Below are positions 7,745 through 13,035 of a DNA stretch of 13,035 nt, one piece after another. The notes under the pieces were generated by a model, which was given only the letters and a program-made list of their open reading frames with translations, had not been told where the DNA came from and did no database searches. A program made the translations under genes and the position numbers. Position 1 is the stretch's first letter. The number at the start of each line of letters is the position of its first letter. This DNA is from a virus. Its lineage: Duplodnaviria > Heunggongvirae > Uroviricota > Caudoviricetes. The DNA is taken from positions 1 through 13,035 of the IMG/VR virus record IMGVR_UViG_2690316210_000016; one strand, written 5' to 3'.

Positions 7745-7797
7745 TTGCACAAAATGCAATCATGATTATAATCATAACTGGATGAACATCCAGTTAT
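7745..7797 (+). promoter_or_regulatory. Sigma70-type promoter of the capsid module overlapped by two perfect palindromic operators
   Basis: TTGCAC (7745..7750), 16-bp spacer, TATAAT (7767..7772). Perfect 14-bp palindrome ATGATTATAATCAT (7762..7775) overlaps the -10. Perfect 24-bp palindrome ATAACTGGATG-AA-CATCCAGTTAT (7774..7797) covers the predicted transcription start. Confidence 0.55.
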
Positions 7798-7828
7798 GAT
7801 TTTTTAAGTCAAAGAGGAATTTCTTACT

Positions 7829-8035
7829 ATGGCTGAAGAGAAAAAAGGCGGTGTTTCGGTGTACATAAGCCCCGACATCGTGAAGGCGCTCAAGGAACGC
7901 CACCAGCAGAACGTAAAAGCAGGCATTGCGGCAGGACTTGATCCGCTGGCGATGGTTGAGCCGTCAACAGGCTGGCAGGTACGCGCCTATTTACGCGCGG
8001 CGCTGGGTATGAATCAGGTTCACGGGGGTGAATAA
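7829..8035 (+). CDS. Hypothetical protein, 68 aa, first gene of the capsid module
   Basis: ATG at 7829 after AAGAGGA; stop overlaps the capsid gene start (TAATG). No family recognised. Confidence 0.55.
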   Translation: MAEEKKGGVSVYISPDIVKALKERHQQNVKAGIAAGLDPLAMVEPSTGWQVRAYLRAALGMNQVHGGE

Positions 8036-9090
8036 TGACAGTAAAAGCAATGGCACTTAACACTAACCAGCTTTTTGCGTACCTGAATCGCGGGGATATT
8101 GCGGAATTTAAATTCAGTCCGCTGTTTACCACGCTGTTTTTCCCGAACGTGGCGACATTCAGCACGCAAAACATCATGCTGGATACCCTGGACATTGAAG
8201 AAGTCACCATGTCGGCGTTTTGTTCGCCTATGGTGGGTAGCCAGGTTCAGCGCGATAAAGGGTACGAAACCAGCACGATTAAACCTGGCTACATGAAGCC
8301 AAAGCACGAAATCGATCCAACGAAAACCATCATGCGCATGGCTGGAGAAGATCCGGCACAGCTTAACGACCCTACCTATCGCCGTATGCGCCTGATTACT
8401 GGCAATATGCGCCGCCAGATAAACGCCATAAAAGCGCGCGTGGAATGGCTGGCGGTAAATGCGGTAACGACCGGAAAAAACATCATTGAAGGCGAAGGCA
8501 TAGAGCGCTATGAAATCGACTGGAAGATACCGGAAAAAAACATCATAGAGCAGGCCGACGGGAAAAAATGGTCAGAGCAGGACAAAGAAACCCACGATCC
8601 AATCTATGATATCGAACTATACGCCGATCAGGCTGGTTGCCCCGCAAACGTCATGATTATGGGCGCTGAGGTATGGCGAACGTTACGCAGCTTTAAAAAA
8701 TTCCGTGAGCTGTACGATCTTTCCCGTGGTTCAGAGTCCGCCGCAGAGCTGGCCTGTAAAAACCTGGGCGAAGTGGTGAGCTTTAAAGGCTATCTGGGCG
8801 ATATTGCCCTTATCGTCTATTCCGGCAAATACACTGACAGCGACGGCACAGAAAAATATTTCCTTGAGCCTGATTTGCTTGTCCTGGGCAACACCAACAA
8901 TAAAGGGCTGGTGGCCTATGGTGCGATTATGGATCAGGACGCAGTAAGAACGGGCGCAACGCAAAACATGTTTTACCCGAAAAACTGGATTGAGGACGGC
9001 GATCCGGCGATTGAGTACGTGCAGACGCACAGCGCACCGCAGCCGGTTCCGGCAGATATTCGCAAATTTGTTACCGTCAAAATTGGTTAA
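8035..9090 (+). CDS. Major capsid protein, lambda gpE-like (HK97 fold family), 351 aa
   Basis: Multiple blocks match lambda gpE as recalled: KPGYMKPKHEIDP vs TPGYVKPKHEVNP; DPTYRRMRLITGNMR vs DPAYRRRRIIMQNMR; VSFKGYLGDIALIVYSGKY vs VSYKGMYGDVAIVVYSGQY; LLVLGNTNNKGLVAYGAIMDQDA vs TMVLGNTQARGLRTYGCIQDADA; YPKNWIEDGDPAIEY vs YPKNWVTTGDPAREF. Length is similar to gpE (341 aa). Confidence 0.9.
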   Translation: MTVKAMALNTNQLFAYLNRGDIAEFKFSPLFTTLFFPNVATFSTQNIMLDTLDIEEVTMSAFCSPMVGSQVQRDKGYETSTIKPGYMKPKHEIDPTKTIMRMAGEDPAQLNDPTYRRMRLITGNMRRQINAIKARVEWLAVNAVTTGKNIIEGEGIERYEIDWKIPEKNIIEQADGKKWSEQDKETHDPIYDIELYADQAGCPANVMIMGAEVWRTLRSFKKFRELYDLSRGSESAAELACKNLGEVVSFKGYLGDIALIVYSGKYTDSDGTEKYFLEPDLLVLGNTNNKGLVAYGAIMDQDAVRTGATQNMFYPKNWIEDGDPAIEYVQTHSAPQPVPADIRKFVTVKIG

Positions 9091-9101
9091 CGGGGGATTC
9101 T

Positions 9102-9437
9102 ATGGACACTCCATACATTGAGTTATTTGCAGGCAGTCAGCAGGTCGCCACGACGCTGGTACATTTTGCCGCTGATGCTGGCGTTATTCAGGAATTTACC
9201 CCGCTGATGCTGGCGGACAATGGCGAGTTTAAGCCGTGGGATGGTAAGGAATCTGGCAAGGCTGTTTATCTGACCTCGTACCCTGTGGACACGTCAAAGC
9301 AGAAATCAGCACAGTGTTACAAGACGGGGATATTCAATATTGCCGCCGTTAACTGGCCTGAGAGCGTCGACACCGATGCGAAAAAATGCGCCGCCTTTGC
9401 GGGTTCCGGCGTATCCGTTCAGCCGCTGGCCCGATAA
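9102..9437 (+). CDS. Head decoration protein, lambda gpD-like, 111 aa
   Basis: Matches lambda gpD (110 aa) as recalled: TPLMLADNGEFKPWDG vs TPLMLDTSSRKLVAWDG; CYKTGIFNIAAVNWPESVDTDAKKCAAFAGSGVSV vs [35 protein letters not shown]. Preceded by GGGGGAT. Confidence 0.85.
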   Translation: MDTPYIELFAGSQQVATTLVHFAADAGVIQEFTPLMLADNGEFKPWDGKESGKAVYLTSYPVDTSKQKSAQCYKTGIFNIAAVNWPESVDTDAKKCAAFAGSGVSVQPLAR

Positions 9438-9449
9438 GCAGGGGGAACG

Positions 9450-9863
9450 ATGGCAACGAATGAAAGCATCATGACGCTACCGCTGGCGAGTAAATTTAAA
9501 GCCGAAGCGCGGGCAATGGCTGACAGAGGTTTATCAACCTATGAGGCCGTATATCAACTAAACAAACTGGAAGAGCAGGACAAGCCGCGCGCTGATGCGA
9601 TTATGGCGCTTCATGAGCATAAAGACTATCAGCCGCTGTTGCGTGCAATGGCAAACGTGCCTTGTATCGATGTTGGTACGGCTAAAAGCATCCTTAGCAT
9701 GACCATAGAGCAGGAACGTCCGAAGGTTGCGCCGGAACTTACCGCAGCCTTTGAAAACTTTATGGACATGCACAGCCCGCAAGCCGTATCAGCTGGCATG
9801 GCATACGATGGCAGAAACCAGGGCGATGACGGCGACATCGATCGCATACTGAAAACCATCTGA
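9450..9863 (+). CDS. Hypothetical protein, 137 aa, last gene of the capsid module
   Basis: ATG at 9450 after AGCAGGGGGAAC. No similarity to lambda FI/FII that I can recognise. Confidence 0.55.
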   Translation: MATNESIMTLPLASKFKAEARAMADRGLSTYEAVYQLNKLEEQDKPRADAIMALHEHKDYQPLLRAMANVPCIDVGTAKSILSMTIEQERPKVAPELTAAFENFMDMHSPQAVSAGMAYDGRNQGDDGDIDRILKTI

Positions 9864-9869
9864 GACAAG

Positions 9870-9891
9870 GCCGGAGAAATCCGGCTTTTTT
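9870..9891 (+). terminator. Rho-independent terminator
   Basis: GCCGGA-GAAA-TCCGGC hairpin followed by TTTTTT; nearly identical to the terminator at 7598..7619. Confidence 0.6.
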
Positions 9892-9892
9892 A

Positions 9893-9957
9893 CGGGTCCT
9901 TCCTGGAATTATGGCCCGTTACGGGGCGGCGACCTCGCGGGTTTTCGCTATTTATGA
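9893..9957 (+). other. cos site copy A: lambda-type cosQ-cosN junction with only the first ~22 bp of cosB
   Basis: Contains GTTACG-GGGCGGCGACCT-CGCGGGTTTTCGCTATTTATGA, matching the lambda end junction (12-nt cohesive end GGGCGGCGACCT at 9924..9935, recalled from the lambda genome). The preceding CGGGTCCTTCCTGG resembles the lambda right end ACGGGTCCTTTCCGG. No R-type repeats follow before the Nu1-like gene. Confidence 0.8.
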
Positions 9958-10024
9958 CGTTTTCCCGTGAAGGTGACACCACCACCACTTGATTAATATT
10001 TAACCATGCAGTTAAGGTAACATT

Positions 10025-10459
10025 ATGATTGATAAAGCTTGTTTTGTAAGTCAGCAGGAAATAGCTGAACATTTCAAGGTTAACAGAACCACTATTCGCG
10101 CATGGACCAAACAGGGGATGCCGTATCTTAATGCGGATCGCGGAAAGTCTGGCGGTTATCACATCGGGCATACATTGCTTTGGTCTTCAGGTAAAAGCCG
10201 TCTTGAGGCCATCAGATATCACGTAGAAACCAGTGCGCTGGAAAAAATTATGTTTGCCAGGCTGCTTTCATCTGAGCGTGACGAGTACTCCAGTGAAGAA
10301 ACAGAACATCGATTTGATGAAGGTTTGCAGATTTACGGCTATTCACCGGAAGATGTGAGCAAGGCACGAAATAAAATGGCTGGCTTTCTGGCTGGGTGGC
10401 GTCATGCCGTAAGCGTTCGCCGTGCCAGCATGGAGCAATCAGCCGATACAGAACAGTAA
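10025..10459 (+). CDS. Small terminase subunit homolog (lambda gpNu1-like N-terminal winged-HTH domain), 144 aa
   Basis: VSQQEIAEHFKVNRTTIRAWTKQGMPYLNADRGKSGG aligns with lambda Nu1 VNKKQLADIFGASIRTIQNWQEQGMPVLRGGGKGN. Shorter than Nu1 (181 aa), and the C-terminal half is unrelated. No large terminase subunit gene is present in the window. Confidence 0.72.
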   Translation: MIDKACFVSQQEIAEHFKVNRTTIRAWTKQGMPYLNADRGKSGGYHIGHTLLWSSGKSRLEAIRYHVETSALEKIMFARLLSSERDEYSSEETEHRFDEGLQIYGYSPEDVSKARNKMAGFLAGWRHAVSVRRASMEQSADTEQ

Positions 10460-10527
10460 AGCCGATAACTTGTTAATCACTCGCAGCAATGCATGTGATT
10501 TGTGCACACTTTCGGTTAACTGGTTCG

Positions 10528-10705
10528 ATGTCCGGTTTTAGTGTCTGTTTTTTGCGCATGTCCGGTTCATGGAAAGCATGTTTTTATATTTTTCATATGG
10601 TTAACTTGCAGAGAAACCGGACATGGATCCCGAAAAATTTTCATAAATAGTGAAAACGCGCGAGGTCGCCGCCCCGTAACGGGCCATAATTCCAGGAAGG
10701 ACCCG
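10528..10705 (-). other. cos site copy B (inverted): cosQ-cosN plus a complete cosB-like region with three R-like repeats and an AT-rich tract
   Basis: Read on the minus strand: cosQ-like at 10675..10705, cosN (AGGTCGCCGCCC on plus) at 10663..10674, then TATTTATGAAAATTTTCGGG, matching lambda TATTTATGAAAATTTTCCGG. R-like decamers ATGTCCGGTT at 10528..10537 and 10558..10567 and the inverse AACCGGACAT at 10615..10624, with an AT-rich tract at 10570..10612. This mirrors the lambda cosN-R3-I1-R2-R1 layout but with a different repeat sequence. Confidence 0.75.
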
Positions 10706-10738
10706 ACGACACCAGACTATCAGAACGATGGGGGCACA

Positions 10739-11020
10739 ATGACAGAAGCCGAAATACTGCGATTAATCCGCCGCGTTGCCGGAATCAGCCAGCAGGCCGA
10801 CGAACAGACCACGCAGCCGGACAGCGTGACCGCCGAAAATTATGTTCGTGTGGTTGCTGAGATGATTCGCCGTAATGGTATCCAGCTTAATGATGTGGAT
10901 ATGCGCAACATACGGATCCGCGTTCTTGAAATGCTGGCCTACAATCGCCGCGTGGCACTGTATCGGGAAACGGAGAAAATTACGTACCACTGGAAGAAGC
11001 CGGAGCGGTTGCGGCGGTAA
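10739..11020 (+). CDS. Hypothetical protein, 94 aa, distal to cos
   Basis: Start chosen at ATG 10739 (GGGGG upstream). The ORF-track start at 10541 would translate through cos copy B. No family recognised. Confidence 0.45.
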   Translation: MTEAEILRLIRRVAGISQQADEQTTQPDSVTAENYVRVVAEMIRRNGIQLNDVDMRNIRIRVLEMLAYNRRVALYRETEKITYHWKKPERLRR

Positions 11021-11070
11021 CTGGTTGATATTTTCGAAATTCGCCAGCGGCGAACATCGGGGAAACCAGC

Positions 11071-11187
11071 CTAACCCGTTGATATTTTCGGGAACCTCAA
11101 ATTGAGGAGGTCGGAAACATAACCCGTCATATTCTGGATGCTGATAATTACCACGCAGCCCATTAAGGCCTAACCCGTTGATTCTTC
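11071..11187. repeat. Three direct repeats of TAACCCGT(T/C)(G/A)AT at ~48-bp spacing
   Basis: ctaacccgttgatattttcg (11071), cataacccgtcatattctgg (11119), cctaacccgttgattcttcc (11168); also ttgatattttcg at 11024. Confidence 0.4.
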
Positions 11188-11193
11188 CACAAT

Positions 11194-11356
11194 CCCCCAT
11201 TGGGGGAGGCTGGGCGGCCTGCTGTGGGCTTTTCCACCATTGGTGGAAAGGCGCACATCTGGATCATCATTACGGTGATCAAGGGTATGTAAAACCCACC
11301 AGCCTGATTGACATTTAACCGGAAAAAAGCCAGGTAGCCCCATTATGGGGATCCCC
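11194..11356. repeat. Cluster of GC-rich palindromes with a CCATTGG-type core
   Basis: CCCCCA-T-TGGGGG (11194..11206), TTTCCACCA-T-TGGTGGAAA (11231..11249), CCCCAT-T-ATGGGG (11338..11350) overlapping GGGGATCCCC (11347..11356). Confidence 0.4.
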
Positions 11357-11574
11357 ATATCGACATTAACGCCCCTCATGAATTGGCGCGCTTCCCCCTG
11401 GAAAGATGACCCGCCTGTATATTTCTTGTGTCTATTTGTTCCACGTTGTTTCATACAGTGCAACGATCGGTGTAGTTAATGGTGTAGTCAATTTGCGATT
11501 TTTAGCACTTTTTGCAGTGCAAATCATTTAATTAAATCAATGACTTGCCTTGATGTAGTGATAAAAGGACATAT

Positions 11575-13035
11575 TTATTCATCTTTCGGCGCAGAATGCT
11601 GGCGACCAAAAATCACCTCCATCCGCGCACCGCCCAGCATGCTCTCTCCGGCGACGATTTTACCCTCATATTGCTCGGTGATTTCGCGGGCTACCGCCAG
11701 CCCTACACCTTGCCCAGGGCGTAAAGTATCAACCCGTTGACCACGGTCGAAAATGACCTCTCGCTTGCTTAATGGAATACCGGGGCCATCATCCTCGACC
11801 ACAATATAGAGATGCTCGTCGGTTTGCCTTGCAGAAATTTCGACAAACTCGAGGCAATATTTACAGGCATTATCCAGCACGTTGCCCATCACCTCGACAA
11901 AATCGTTCTGCTCACCGACAAAGCTGATCTCTGGCGAAATATCGAGAGAGATATTGACCCCTTTGCGTTGATACACTTTGTTCAGCGCTGAGGTGAGATT
12001 GTCCAGCAGTGGGGCGACCGGATGCAGCTCGCGGCTGAGCAATGTCCCGCCGCGCATACTGGCACGATGCAGGTAGTAGCCAATTTGCTGTGAAATGCGG
12101 CTGATTTGCTCCAGCATTACCGGCTCAGCATCACTGACGCTCATCTTTTCACTACGCAGAGAACGCAGCGTACTTTGCAGCACCGCCAGTGGCGTTTTCA
12201 GACTATGGGTCAGGTCGGTGAGCGTCGTACGGTATTTGTCGTAACGTTCGCGTTCACTTTTTAACAATCGGTTCAGGTTTCGTACCAGACTGGTCAGTTC
12301 TCGCGTTGTGGCTGGATTGAGCAATTCGCGGTTATGTTCTTCCAGTTCGCGGACTTCTTTTGCCAGGGCTTCGATGGGGCGTAAACTCCACCAGGCGGCG
12401 ACCCACAGCAGCGGGATCACTAACAGCAGATTGGCTGAGAGCACATAGATAAACCAGCTCCAGACCATATAGGAACTTTTTAGCTCCACCGGAATGGTAT
12501 CCACCACCACAATGGTTAATTTTGGCATCCGCGATGTTGCCGGGTAGACGTTTACTGCCACCGAGTGGGTCATCTCCGCGTCGTCATCATCTTCCCGCAC
12601 TTCCTGCAACTGTTGCTGTATCGAATGATCTCCACTCAGCAAGAGGCTGGTATCGTTAACATCCGCTTCAATTTCATGAAAACCATTCGATTTCAGCCAG
12701 TCAGGCTGGATCATCTTCATCAGCCAGGGCACGTCACGTTGCGCCCATAAAAGCTGCCCGTTCTCATCATAAATTAGCGTCATGGTGGGGCTTTGCTTGT
12801 CGATATTTTCGGGTAACTCGACATGCAACTTATTGTTTTCCCACTTCGCAAGGGTATAGAACAGATTGCTCTCGCCACGTAACAGCCGAAACGTAGTTTT
12901 ATCGAAACTGACGCTATAACCGATCAGCGCGACCATTCCGTAGGCAAGCGAAAGCACCAGTACTACCGCAGCCGTTGCCAACAGAAAACGTACCCGCAGC
13001 GAGAGCGGGAAAAAAAGACGCAGTAATTTTTTCAT
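11575..13035 (-). CDS. phoQ: Sensor histidine kinase PhoQ, 486 aa, complete
   Basis: Translation matches E. coli PhoQ as recalled, including the periplasmic acidic patch EDDDDAE, the H-box HSLKTPL and the C-terminal ATP-binding domain. The start codon is the last three bases of the window. Confidence 0.93.
   Translation of the reverse strand: MKKLLRLFFPLSLRVRFLLATAAVVLVLSLAYGMVALIGYSVSFDKTTFRLLRGESNLFYTLAKWENNKLHVELPENIDKQSPTMTLIYDENGQLLWAQRDVPWLMKMIQPDWLKSNGFHEIEADVNDTSLLLSGDHSIQQQLQEVREDDDDAEMTHSVAVNVYPATSRMPKLTIVVVDTIPVELKSSYMVWSWFIYVLSANLLLVIPLLWVAAWWSLRPIEALAKEVRELEEHNRELLNPATTRELTSLVRNLNRLLKSERERYDKYRTTLTDLTHSLKTPLAVLQSTLRSLRSEKMSVSDAEPVMLEQISRISQQIGYYLHRASMRGGTLLSRELHPVAPLLDNLTSALNKVYQRKGVNISLDISPEISFVGEQNDFVEVMGNVLDNACKYCLEFVEISARQTDEHLYIVVEDDGPGIPLSKREVIFDRGQRVDTLRPGQGVGLAVAREITEQYEGKIVAGESMLGGARMEVIFGRQHSAPKDE

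Larger units (their letters stand above)
9893..10705. repeat. 65-bp inverted repeat pair (arms 9893..9957 and 10641..10705), 63/65 identical
   Basis: The reverse complement of 9893..9957 equals 10641..10705 except for two mismatches. Each arm is a cosQ-cosN module; the segment between them carries the Nu1-like gene and the R-repeat cosB. Confidence 0.85.

Noticed and set aside
7774-7797. The 24-bp palindrome as a LexA (SOS) box
   Set aside because: Half-sites are CTG-N12-CAG rather than the CTGT-N8-ACAG spacing of LexA operators.
9890-10171. 93-codon minus-strand ORF
   Set aside because: It translates through cos copy A and runs antisense to the Nu1-like gene. The same peptide (NSENARGRRPVTGHNSRKDP) appears in the plus-strand ORF at 10541 only because both read the inverted repeat.
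10516-10530. GGTTCGATG as a tRNA T-arm, considered because satellites often integrate at tRNA genes
   Set aside because: No surrounding acceptor or anticodon structure; the sequence belongs to the cosB repeat region. No tRNA-like sequence was found anywhere in the window.
10541-10738. Upstream extension of the 10739..11020 ORF
   Set aside because: The extension would be translated from cos copy B and the R-repeat region; the in-frame ATG at 10739 with an upstream G-run is more plausible.
11170-11463. 97-codon minus-strand ORF in the right-end region
   Set aside because: No ribosome-binding site, Gly/Pro/Arg-biased composition, and it is built from the GC-rich palindromes.
11540-11740. 66-codon plus-strand ORF
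   Set aside because: Antisense to the 3' end of phoQ.
1-13035. CRISPR arrays, insertion sequences or transposases
   Set aside because: No regularly spaced repeat-spacer array and no transposase-like ORF were found. The only long inverted repeat is the cos duplication.

Overview
The window looks like one compact phage-satellite-like island (PICI / P4-like organisation) in an Escherichia-type chromosome, ending just 3' of an intact phoQ gene (11575..13035, minus strand). All protein calls rest on reading the supplied translations against families recalled from memory; no database search or computation was run. Left to right: a tyrosine integrase (1..1230), an AlpA-family regulator (1596..1784), an ambiguous regulatory region (1837..3250), five translationally coupled small ORFs leading into a P4-type primase/SF3 helicase (3251..6341), an iteron-type origin (6357..6580), an SSB homolog and a PerC-like regulator (6630..7574), and two terminators. 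A separately promoted capsid module follows (7829..9863) with clear homologs of lambda major capsid protein gpE and decoration protein gpD, but no portal, protease, scaffold or large terminase. The most unusual feature is at 9893..10705: two inverted 65-bp copies of a lambda-type cosQ-cosN junction flank a Nu1-like small-terminase gene and the only complete cosB, which carries island-specific repeats. The left attachment site is outside the window, so the island boundaries cannot be confirmed.
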